A DNA stretch of 19,891 bases from Candidatus Thorarchaeota archaeon (GTDB taxonomy: Archaea; Asgardarchaeota; Thorarchaeia; Thorarchaeales; Thorarchaeaceae). The stretch spans positions 1-19,891 of the forward strand of contig RDNZ01000047.1 of NCBI GenBank assembly GCA_011364905.1, in the 5' to 3' direction. This document shows positions 1 to 8,096 of the stretch, in pieces. Numbering within the stretch: the first letter of the stretch is position 1; the number at the start of each line of letters is the position of its first letter. The position numbers and the translations under genes were made by a program. The notes beneath the pieces were generated by a model. It had not been told where the DNA came from. It searched no databases and worked only from the letters and a program-made list of their open reading frames with translations.

Positions 1-75
1 CAGGTCATATTCAGTAATGCTAACGTTATCCTCACCTTCTAATATCCCCACAAATATGCCCTATCGTGGATTCGG

Positions 76-1140
76 ATGGATCGAGATGACATGGCAGATA
101 AGGTGGGTCTACCTCCCGGAACAGTGGTTCATACCGGAATTGATCGAACTGAAGAAGTCACTATCAGCATTATGGAATTTGCAGATGGTCAGATGAGGGA
201 ATACGTTGCTGATTGCATAGATGACTGCAGTCCTCCACCTAGTTTGAACATAACAAAATGGGTTCATGTGTGCGGTGTGCATGATGTTGATATTGTGTCG
301 AAGGTCTGCGAATTCTATGGACTTCATCCTCTTGTCATTGAGGACATTCCTAGTGTTGGTCAGCGTCCCAAGTTAGAGATAATGCCAAAAAGCGTGTATA
401 TCGTTTTGCGCAGTTACGACATCACGGAGGATGCAGACCGGTTTCATTCAGAACAAGTATCGATCGCGTTTGGAGAGAACTTCGTCCTATCATTTCAAGA
501 GTCACCTGTTGACATTTTTGGTCGCATAAGAGAAAGAGCCCGAACTCAAGATAGTCGAATAAAGACCGAAGGTCCCGATTATATAGTATACACTATTCTT
601 GATCTTTTAATTGACAAGTATTTCGTGGTCCTTGAGCGGATGGGCGATTTGATTGAGGATTTGGAGGACGACTTGATTGAACAAGTGTCCAGTGATATTC
701 TCACCAGGATTTACAGGGTCAAGAGGAGCCTCCTGGCTTTTCGTAGACATATATGGCCTCTGCGCGAAGTGGTTTTCAAGATGCAGAGGGACACTCAACA
801 ATTCGTAGATCAAAACATGCAGGTCTTCCTGAGAGATCTCTATGACCATGTGATTCGAGTGACGGACCATGTAGAAACTTTCCGTGAGTCCATAACTGGC
901 ATGCTCGATATTTATCTTTCAAGTGTGAGTAACAAGATGAATAATGTGATGAAGGTACTCACTGTTATTTCAACAATCTTCATACCTTTGACATTAATGG
1001 CTAGTATATATGGAATGAATTGGCACTGGATTCCGGAAATCGAAATACTCGGTGCCGCTGGATATCCTATTTTTCTTCTAGCGATGTTGACAGTGACAAC
1101 ATGTCTCGTGATATACTTCCGGAGAATAAACTGGATCTAG
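76..1140 (+). CDS. corA: Magnesium/cobalt transporter CorA
   Basis: N-terminal KVGLPPGT, LHPLVIEDI..QRPKLE, YLSSVSNKMNNVMKVLT, signature YGMN (GMNW) and two C-terminal TM helices; 354 aa fits the family. Confidence 0.95.
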   Translation: MDRDDMADKVGLPPGTVVHTGIDRTEEVTISIMEFADGQMREYVADCIDDCSPPPSLNITKWVHVCGVHDVDIVSKVCEFYGLHPLVIEDIPSVGQRPKLEIMPKSVYIVLRSYDITEDADRFHSEQVSIAFGENFVLSFQESPVDIFGRIRERARTQDSRIKTEGPDYIVYTILDLLIDKYFVVLERMGDLIEDLEDDLIEQVSSDILTRIYRVKRSLLAFRRHIWPLREVVFKMQRDTQQFVDQNMQVFLRDLYDHVIRVTDHVETFRESITGMLDIYLSSVSNKMNNVMKVLTVISTIFIPLTLMASIYGMNWHWIPEIEILGAAGYPIFLLAMLTVTTCLVIYFRRINWI

Positions 1141-1143
1141 CAT

Positions 1144-2109
1144 CTAAGCTAACAGAACAACGAATATGACTCCTGTGACAGTCAGAATAGCTCCAAGTAT
1201 GGATTTGTGGGAGAATTTCTCTTTTAAGAAGAAAATCGACATAGGCAAAGCGAAAAGGGGCGACACGGACCCGAGAACAGCTGATACAGTAGCTCCGATT
1301 AGTTTGACTGCATATGTGTAAAGAAGAGTCCCTAATGCCATTCCAAAAAAGGCTCCTATAAGGACGATTTTTGTGGCTCGTTTACTGGGTTTTGGCATTC
1401 CTCTGTGAACAGCTCCTAGGAAAATCGGTACCATAAGACCGGAGCCAAAGATCATCCGTACAAAGTTGGCATCGATTGGGTCGATATCTGCCACTCCAAG
1501 CTGAAGAAGAACTGTTCCTCCTGCCCAGCATATTGATGAGAAGAGAGCTAGAGCCAAGCCCAGACGATCAAGGCTTTTGAGTCCCTCATCTATTTGCCTG
1601 TTTCTGTGTTCTTGAGAGATTAGCATAACACCTACTACTGCAAGAAGAATCCCGACAACCCTTGTGACTAGAATCTCCTCATTAACTACATAAATTGAAA
1701 TCAAATAAGTCGCGATAGGGAAAGTAGCGGCAATTGGGTACGCATATGACACGCCGATTCGGTCCTGTGCTGTCAAGAAAGCAAGATCGCCGATTACCAG
1801 CCCAACTGTGACCGAGAATGCAAGAAATAGCACTGACTGAAAAGGTACGACAAAAGCAGTTGTTCGAAATGGCAGAAAAACAAGGACCGCCATTACTGCC
1901 AATGACAACCACATTTTGAGTGCATTTATTGCGAGTGGAGTTGCTTCACTGCCTTGTGATTTGTACACATTGACCCCTACAGCCCATAAGAAGGCAGTGA
2001 CTAGAGCGATAGCACTTCCTAAGACAAATTCTGGAGATATCTGCATTTGTAGGTGTGTCAGGTTATTACCCATAACAAAAATGTAACTGAAGCGGACTAT
2101 TCTAGCCAT
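1144..2109 (-). CDS. DMT/EamA family transporter
   Basis: About 10 hydrophobic helices in two EamA-like halves (AQDRIGVSYAYPI / AVKLIGATVSAVL; SPLFALPMSIFFLKEK). The true start may be the ATG at 2046 (MQISPEF). Confidence 0.9.
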   Translation of the reverse strand: MARIVRFSYIFVMGNNLTHLQMQISPEFVLGSAIALVTAFLWAVGVNVYKSQGSEATPLAINALKMWLSLAVMAVLVFLPFRTTAFVVPFQSVLFLAFSVTVGLVIGDLAFLTAQDRIGVSYAYPIAATFPIATYLISIYVVNEEILVTRVVGILLAVVGVMLISQEHRNRQIDEGLKSLDRLGLALALFSSICWAGGTVLLQLGVADIDPIDANFVRMIFGSGLMVPIFLGAVHRGMPKPSKRATKIVLIGAFFGMALGTLLYTYAVKLIGATVSAVLGSVSPLFALPMSIFFLKEKFSHKSILGAILTVTGVIFVVLLA

Positions 2110-2117
2110 CCATGCTC

Positions 2118-2750
2118 TCAGTAAATGTTTCCACTTTTTAGATCCTCAAGAAACTGACGCTTGCTTTCTTCGTCAGCGCAATTCAAAACGCAACCAAAGT
2201 TTGGACACTGTGAGCAGGCCCAGTGTCTTATTGTAGTCATGAAGGATATTGCCACTACCAATTGGACAAGTACAAACTCCCACCTTGTAATGACGTAAAC
2301 AATTGGGAACAGTAAGAAGAAACCAGTAAAACCTAGGAACGTGGCCTGCGCAGGACGACTGATATGACCTGGTTTGTGTTTGAACAGCTTCGGACTTCCC
2401 CAATTTCCCAAACAATAGAAACGGTTTTCGTTTCCATGTTCCGCTCCTGAGAATTCGTAGCATGGACAATGTCTGCATAGCACATACCACTCCAGTCCCC
2501 CAGCAAAAAATAGCATGGTAATTACGAAATAAAGGATAAACATCAAAAATCCCTCATTTAGGACAAATGGACCAAGTCCGAGTAATGAACCGATGTCAAA
2601 ACTCCATCCGAAATAGCTCACATTGGATGTGACCATTCCGGCAAATGCTATGAAATATGGTGCAAAACCAATTGTTGCGAACCATCTCGCATCGTGCCAG
2701 TGATACCTAGCAACTATTCCACCGAAGGTCTTCTGCTTCACTTCACTCAT
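2118..2750 (-). CDS. Cys-rich integral membrane hypothetical protein
   Basis: About 4 TM segments plus motifs LCRHCPCY, YCLGNWG and CSQCPNFGCVLNC; RBS-like GGTGCGGAG just upstream on the minus strand. Confidence 0.8.
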   Translation of the reverse strand: MSEVKQKTFGGIVARYHWHDARWFATIGFAPYFIAFAGMVTSNVSYFGWSFDIGSLLGLGPFVLNEGFLMFILYFVITMLFFAGGLEWYVLCRHCPCYEFSGAEHGNENRFYCLGNWGSPKLFKHKPGHISRPAQATFLGFTGFFLLFPIVYVITRWEFVLVQLVVAISFMTTIRHWACSQCPNFGCVLNCADEESKRQFLEDLKSGNIY

Positions 2751-2774
2751 CTCCGCACCTTCTCTTCTTGAAAA

Positions 2775-2788
2775 GAACTATCTAGTTC
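2775..2788. promoter_or_regulatory. Palindrome GAACTA-TC-TAGTTC, putative operator
   Basis: Perfect 6-bp arms in the divergent intergenic region, between a TTTAAA box (2805-2810) and the minus-strand start at 2750. Confidence 0.4.
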
Positions 2789-2889
2789 AGAAGTGTTCCA
2801 CGCATTTAAAGAATCTCGATAAACCTCTTCTAAGAGCACTCATAAGAAAAATAAGGAACAAGTTACGTGTATTTCGTTCGTGTTGCATT

Positions 2890-4599
2890 ATGGGTATATT
2901 TCAACTGATAAAATCAAGCAGAAAAGCAAAGACATTGCTTGTTGGTGTAGTCATCCTGGTAGTAGGTGTCGTGTCGACTTACACTTTGACTTTCAATGCC
3001 GACATTAATCATCCCTATACAATCAGACATTATACTCTTGAATCCGGCGACGGGGTACTCATTCAAGCACTAGTCTATACACCCGTTGATACTTCAAGTA
3101 ACTGCCCAGGTGTTGTGGTTGGACATGGGTTCTGTGAGAACAAGCAATACATGCAACCACTGTCGATTGAACTTGTGAAGCGTGGCTTTGTGGTTGTGAA
3201 CATAGATTTCCGTGGTCACGGGTCTTCAGGAGGCTATCTGAGTGAGTTTGGACGAAGCAATGGGCTCGTTCTGGATATGTTGGCAGGGGTGAGTTACCTA
3301 GAAGATCTTGGGTTTGTGGATAGGATTGGCCTTGCAGGTCATTCAATGGGCGGCGGGACTTCGATGCTTACCGCACTACAAAATCCCACGATGATTAATG
3401 CAACAGTTGCCATTGGAGCGCTCTCCACCTTCTCTTCGAGCGGCAATATCTCAGATGTGCGTAATCTTCTTGCTGCATTTGCCCAGTACGACCAAGGAAT
3501 ATCTCGGGATGATGGATTGAACTTCCTGAGGTCATACACGGGGAGTGAAGATGTAGAGATTGGAACACTGTATGGAAGTTTTGCTTCAGGGACTGCCACG
3601 AAGGTTTCCATAAGCCCTTTCTCTGAACATCTAATGGAGCCAATTGATTCAACCATTATCTATGAGGCAGTTCAATGGTTTGAATCTGCTTTCAATGGTG
3701 CGCCAGCTTCAGATGTCCATATCACGGCACAATACCTTATCACATCTCTCATTACTACGCTCATAGGACTGCTACTAGTTCTTTTCACATTCATTTCATA
3801 CTTGGGAAGTTATGTCTTCAAAGCAGGACAGGTACATTCTCGTCCCTCGATGAGCAGCGAGAGATTCCCCTTCCGCCCCATTTTGGCTTACATGCTTGCG
3901 GCTTTCATAGGCTTTGTACTCCTTATTCCCCTATCTGCGATTTTTGTGGATGTCGCACCTATTACCATGTTCAATTCTGTTTTCGGTGGGCAAGCTGTTG
4001 GACTTGCTACCGGAGTGGTATTGGTGCTTCTCTTTTCATCATACAATAATCGCAAATTACAGCTGGGGATGATAATGACAAGGATCAAAGAGATGTCGTT
4101 AACCTCGCCAATCCCTTCACTTCTTTATGGTCTCATCGCGGGACTAGTGAGTATAGCGGCGTTTATTGCCGCATTCGATTGGAGCATAGTGGCTTCGCTT
4201 CCCACTATCAGAGAAACTGGTGTCATTTTCTCATTGACGTTCTTGTTATTCCCATTCTTTTTCCTGAAGGAATTCTATCTGCGGGGGTCCATTCAAGAAC
4301 GTCTAAGATACTCTAGTAGAATCAAGGAGTACTTCGTAATGCTAGTCATTGCCATACTCATCGACGTTTTCATATTCTTCCCTGTCATGATGATTGGATG
4401 GCAATCAGTTTCCCTGTCCTTCGTTGCATTAGCACTGACCGCTGTGACTCTGTTCATTATCTTTCAACAGGTGTTAACAACATGGGTCTACATGAATTCA
4501 GGTCGGAATGTTCTTGGTTCGACAGTCTTCTATTGCATTCTCTTTGCATGGATGGTGATTTGCTTCTACCCATTCGGTCAACCAATGATGCTCCTATAG
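2890..4599 (+). CDS. Membrane-anchored alpha/beta hydrolase with multi-TM C-terminal domain
   Basis: N-terminal TM, HGF oxyanion motif, DFRGHGSS, nucleophile elbow GHSMGG, candidate catalytic His (SEH), then about 8 TM helices. Confidence 0.9.
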   Translation: MGIFQLIKSSRKAKTLLVGVVILVVGVVSTYTLTFNADINHPYTIRHYTLESGDGVLIQALVYTPVDTSSNCPGVVVGHGFCENKQYMQPLSIELVKRGFVVVNIDFRGHGSSGGYLSEFGRSNGLVLDMLAGVSYLEDLGFVDRIGLAGHSMGGGTSMLTALQNPTMINATVAIGALSTFSSSGNISDVRNLLAAFAQYDQGISRDDGLNFLRSYTGSEDVEIGTLYGSFASGTATKVSISPFSEHLMEPIDSTIIYEAVQWFESAFNGAPASDVHITAQYLITSLITTLIGLLLVLFTFISYLGSYVFKAGQVHSRPSMSSERFPFRPILAYMLAAFIGFVLLIPLSAIFVDVAPITMFNSVFGGQAVGLATGVVLVLLFSSYNNRKLQLGMIMTRIKEMSLTSPIPSLLYGLIAGLVSIAAFIAAFDWSIVASLPTIRETGVIFSLTFLLFPFFFLKEFYLRGSIQERLRYSSRIKEYFVMLVIAILIDVFIFFPVMMIGWQSVSLSFVALALTAVTLFIIFQQVLTTWVYMNSGRNVLGSTVFYCILFAWMVICFYPFGQPMMLL

Positions 4600-4708
4600 T
4601 TTAACGGAGATGATACTAATCGTGAGGGAGCAATCTGCCAGGATACACATTGACATCGGTTCTCCAGAAAGACTAAAGTTCGAGGTAATCATGTAATACT
4701 GAGCTAGG

Positions 4709-5011
4709 ATGTCAGAAGAAGAAGAAATCGATCGGATTGCCGAGGTTGCAAATAGAATCTATGATGCAATCTTCGGTGGCCTTGATTCTGTTGAAATAGA
4801 GGGAGAAAACATTCCCATAACTCAAACGTCACGAAGTAAAGTGCGTCTAGTCGAACGAGATGGTTACACCTACATCGAACAGAATCCTCACAAGGAATCA
4901 CATTGGGCCAAGCTAGCACAAGAGGGTCATCAGATCATGTGGGTCATACAAGGCAGAAAGTATCTTGCTCAAATTAAAGATGGTAAGTTCATTAATTTGA
5001 AGAGAAAGTAG
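4709..5011 (+). CDS. Small soluble hypothetical protein
   Basis: 100-aa ATG ORF filling the gap; protein-like composition with motif IEQNPHKESHWAKLAQEGHQIMW. Confidence 0.75.
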   Translation: MSEEEEIDRIAEVANRIYDAIFGGLDSVEIEGENIPITQTSRSKVRLVERDGYTYIEQNPHKESHWAKLAQEGHQIMWVIQGRKYLAQIKDGKFINLKRK

Positions 5012-5032
5012 TGCAGTCCAAAAATTGGTTCT

Positions 5033-6115
5033 CTATTCACGAATGAACGAAAGCCACGTGCTGGCTTCAGGGTATTCAACCACCAACTGATTATGAGATG
5101 CCCAACTTCTGTTTCCTTTGAGGGTCTTCAATAGGCATCCCGCCAACCACTCCTTCATCTGTGTCCTGGCTCCAAGAAGCCTCTTCACCTGCTTTGGAAC
5201 CTGTTCAGCTAAATGCTTCTTCACGAATTGTGGTTCTAGGATATCGGTTATCAGAGTTGGTCGCTCATCAATCAACCACGCGTTCAATGCAAACATATAC
5301 GCAAGTAGACATTCCTGATGAAATCGAAACATCCTATTGTACAATTCATGAGGCTTATTGAAACTATAGACAAGAAGAAGAGAATCAACATAAAATCGCT
5401 CGCAACAGGAACACTCTGGATAACTCTGTCCTCTGACAGTTTCTATCTCCTTATCACAACTCATGCACTGAATCAATGGCTCTGCAAATACTCTTTCACT
5501 ATGTTCCTTGTAAATCTCCCTCAACGAGCCAGTGGAAGCAAGAGTTGGGATGAGATGACTTCTAAGCAAGTCAACAAGAGCAAGTTTCTCCCGAGTCATC
5601 TCCCCGAGATAGCCAAGAATCTTTGCTTCCATGAGACTCTCAGGCTCATTCTGGCCAATCCAGGATCTAAAGGCTAACTGGTACGAGTTGAAAAGGTACA
5701 CCCTTTGCTCTAGTCTATCATCAGGGTTTGAGTGAATTCCTAGCGCTTCTCTGAGTCCTCTCCCTTCACATCCGAGTTTCCATGGAGTTGTGATCTTTTC
5801 ATTTCCGATTTCTGCACAAAGAATGTCAAGACTGGTTGGAAATGCATCATTATTCCTACACCACTCAGCCATGTGAATTCGAACATATCGCTTGTTTCTG
5901 GATAGAATCCCCGATTCTCGCTGCATTGTATTCAATGCGCGTATCTCTTTATCCCACTGCATTGGGTCATCGGAGAGTTGGACATTCCACCATAGATTCC
6001 AAATTCCTCTGCCAAATCCAGGGGTAATTGTATACCCATCAAGTACAACTTCAAAGCCAGGTTGTACATGTTGATATGAGAGTAGACGTGGCGAGGCTTT
6101 GTCCATTATTTTCAT
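5033..6115 (-). CDS. Hypothetical protein with internal helical duplication and Cys cluster
   Basis: 360-aa ORF, no recognisable family; CMSC and CSCC lie between two similar segments. Confidence 0.8.
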   Translation of the reverse strand: MKIMDKASPRLLSYQHVQPGFEVVLDGYTITPGFGRGIWNLWWNVQLSDDPMQWDKEIRALNTMQRESGILSRNKRYVRIHMAEWCRNNDAFPTSLDILCAEIGNEKITTPWKLGCEGRGLREALGIHSNPDDRLEQRVYLFNSYQLAFRSWIGQNEPESLMEAKILGYLGEMTREKLALVDLLRSHLIPTLASTGSLREIYKEHSERVFAEPLIQCMSCDKEIETVRGQSYPECSCCERFYVDSLLLVYSFNKPHELYNRMFRFHQECLLAYMFALNAWLIDERPTLITDILEPQFVKKHLAEQVPKQVKRLLGARTQMKEWLAGCLLKTLKGNRSWASHNQLVVEYPEASTWLSFIRE

Positions 6116-6171
6116 CTATTATAATGATGCAGGAAGTGTATCAAAAGCTTTCTCGGCTCTCTATGTCTGTA

Positions 6172-6882
6172 TCACTGCTTCCTAAGAATCCCAACATTAT
6201 ACCTTTGTCCAACAAATGTATGCTCCAAATACCATCCTGCTTTCTCTGCAAGTTCTGACATTAGTTTCTCTCCACACAAAAGCAAGTACCACCAGTCATC
6301 AACCTCTCCTTGAAACACATTTCTGAGCCTCACCTGACCTATTGGTTTGCCTTCTTCCCTATTTTTCGCATGATAAGCTAGATGCAACTCGTTGTCCGTG
6401 TCAGCAGGGTCTCTTGATCCCGCCAAAACTACCGCATCATTAGCAGTGAATTCATGGAATCCATTAAGCATCCTTATGACACCTTCAGGAGTACCCATTA
6501 AACCAAAGTTGTTTCCAAAGAGAACGACTGTCTTGAAGTCTGAGCGGTCAAGTTTGATATCATCTGCAGACATCAAGTGAACATTTTCAAAACCACGCTT
6601 GTGACAAAGTTCAACGGCAAGAGGTGAAAGGTCTACTCCATAGTACTCGATGCTGTTCTGTTTTACATACTCCCCAATTCTAGCTAATCCACAACCGACA
6701 TCCAAGAGAGGACCTTCAATTTTTTGCAGAGCCTTTTGTTCGGCTTCGGGCCACTCCTCATATGGCATGATGTAGTTGTAACCTGATGTATGCCGGATAA
6801 ACCCGTCATCTCTCTCAATGATATAACTGGCATCCTTCCCTTCCAGAGCTGCCTGCATGACTTTACCAAATGTGTCGGCCAT
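6172..6882 (-). CDS. Class I SAM-dependent methyltransferase
   Basis: Motif I LLDVGCG, then GVDLSP and post-motif LFGNNFGLMG. Confidence 0.9.
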   Translation of the reverse strand: MADTFGKVMQAALEGKDASYIIERDDGFIRHTSGYNYIMPYEEWPEAEQKALQKIEGPLLDVGCGLARIGEYVKQNSIEYYGVDLSPLAVELCHKRGFENVHLMSADDIKLDRSDFKTVVLFGNNFGLMGTPEGVIRMLNGFHEFTANDAVVLAGSRDPADTDNELHLAYHAKNREEGKPIGQVRLRNVFQGEVDDWWYLLLCGEKLMSELAEKAGWYLEHTFVGQRYNVGILRKQ

Positions 6883-7003
6883 AGTTTCAACGCACCCTTT
6901 CTATCCTAGAAAAAACCTCCTATCGGCAGTTTGTCCATTCCAGTTAATACGACACAATAGCTCAGTTGCCCTAGTTCCTTCAAACAATTTTGCGTTCTCA
7001 GTA

Positions 7004-7022
7004 TAACAACAAAGAGTTGTTA
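7004..7022. promoter_or_regulatory. Inverted repeat TAACAAC-N5-GTTGTTA, putative operator
   Basis: Perfect 7-bp arms in the 208-bp spacer between the two divergent methyltransferases. Confidence 0.4.
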
Positions 7023-7090
7023 AGACTAAACGTTTGTGAGGGCTCGTAAGCAATGCCATTGTTTTCTAGAATTTAAAGGATTGAACAAAA

Positions 7091-7948
7091 ATGACGAAGG
7101 ACGAAAAGAGAGATCCATCAACAATCCAATCTACAATGGCAGGGGCGCTATGGGCACGAGCAAAATATTCTCAATTGTATCCAAATATATTGACAGACGA
7201 AAGAGCACCAGAACTTCTTGAGCAGGTTATGAAACTTCATCCGGATTCGGGAGATGAATTCGCTCTGTTGGAAGAGTTTATTGATGAGTTCCTTGGCCTT
7301 GCCTTTATAATCCGAGCAAGAACCTTCGATGATGCAGTCAAAGCATTCATTGCTGAGAAACCGCTCGCTTCAATTGTGAATCTTGGCAGTGGACTTGATA
7401 CTACTTTTTCTCGAGTTGATAATGGGCAGATACGATGGTACAATTTGGATCTCCCGGATGCTATCGAGTATCGAGTTAGGTTAATCCCTGAAACAGATAG
7501 AAGCACATGCATCCCGAAATCTATCTTCGATTTCAGTTGGATGGATGAGGTGGATTTCAGTGAGAAAGGGGGATTGTTTATGTTTGCAGGAGGACTCTTC
7601 GCGTACTTTGAAGAGAATGCCATTAGTTCTCTATTCGATGAGATGGCAAAGAGATTTCCAGGCGGGGAGATTCTTTTTGATAGTAGTTCCTCAAGTGGAA
7701 ACCGGATAATCAATCGACGGTTTAAGAAATTCCAAGTCACAGGCATCGACCATAAATTCGATGCGAAATCTTCGAGGCAGATTGAGAGCTGGTCAAAACG
7801 CCTTCAAGTAACGGACTGGTTCACATTCTTCTCCCGCATTGAAAAGAATCCGAAATGGAAATGGCGAACCCGATTGATGATGAACTTGAATTCGAAACTG
7901 GGTCTAGCTAAGTTCATACACGTGAAATTCAAAGGGTCCGATGAATAA
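7091..7948 (+). CDS. Class I SAM-dependent methyltransferase, LCM/TcmP-like O-methyltransferase family
   Basis: LWARA, RARTFDD, IVNLGSGLDT, WYNLDLPD and AGGLFAYF motifs typical of leucine-carboxyl-methyltransferase-like proteins. Confidence 0.9.
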   Translation: MTKDEKRDPSTIQSTMAGALWARAKYSQLYPNILTDERAPELLEQVMKLHPDSGDEFALLEEFIDEFLGLAFIIRARTFDDAVKAFIAEKPLASIVNLGSGLDTTFSRVDNGQIRWYNLDLPDAIEYRVRLIPETDRSTCIPKSIFDFSWMDEVDFSEKGGLFMFAGGLFAYFEENAISSLFDEMAKRFPGGEILFDSSSSSGNRIINRRFKKFQVTGIDHKFDAKSSRQIESWSKRLQVTDWFTFFSRIEKNPKWKWRTRLMMNLNSKLGLAKFIHVKFKGSDE

Positions 7949-7994
7949 AGAGCAGATCTACTCTCTTAACAAAGCTAAGAAAAAAGTAACAACC

Positions 7995-8040
7995 TGTGTC
8001 CGCAAGATGTGTCCCTTTGATGTGCCTTCGCATTATATAC
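7995..8040 (+). promoter_or_regulatory. Three 13-bp-spaced TGTGYC direct repeats followed by TATA-like TTATATAC
   Basis: TGTGTCC at 7995 and 8008, TGTGCC at 8021; TTATATAC at 8033-8040, upstream of the MFS start at 8097. Confidence 0.5.
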
Positions 8041-8096
8041 TAATTCTTGCGCTCTTCTGATGGTTATTATTGACTTGAAGAAGGGAAAAGGCACCG

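Noticed and set aside
1-37. Possible start of a divergent minus-strand gene (ATG at 8, AGGTGAGG near 30-37)
   Set aside because: Too little sequence in the window, and the RBS spacing is long.
1006-1041. CorA loop variant GMNW/WIPEI instead of GMNF/MPEL
   Set aside because: The GMN selectivity motif is intact and the substitutions are conservative.
7237-7746. 169-aa antisense ORF
   Set aside because: Shadow of the methyltransferase; no recognisable motif.
7995-8033. CRISPR or mini-array interpretation of the direct repeats
   Set aside because: Units are 13 bp with no spacers and there are no cas genes; treated as regulatory instead.
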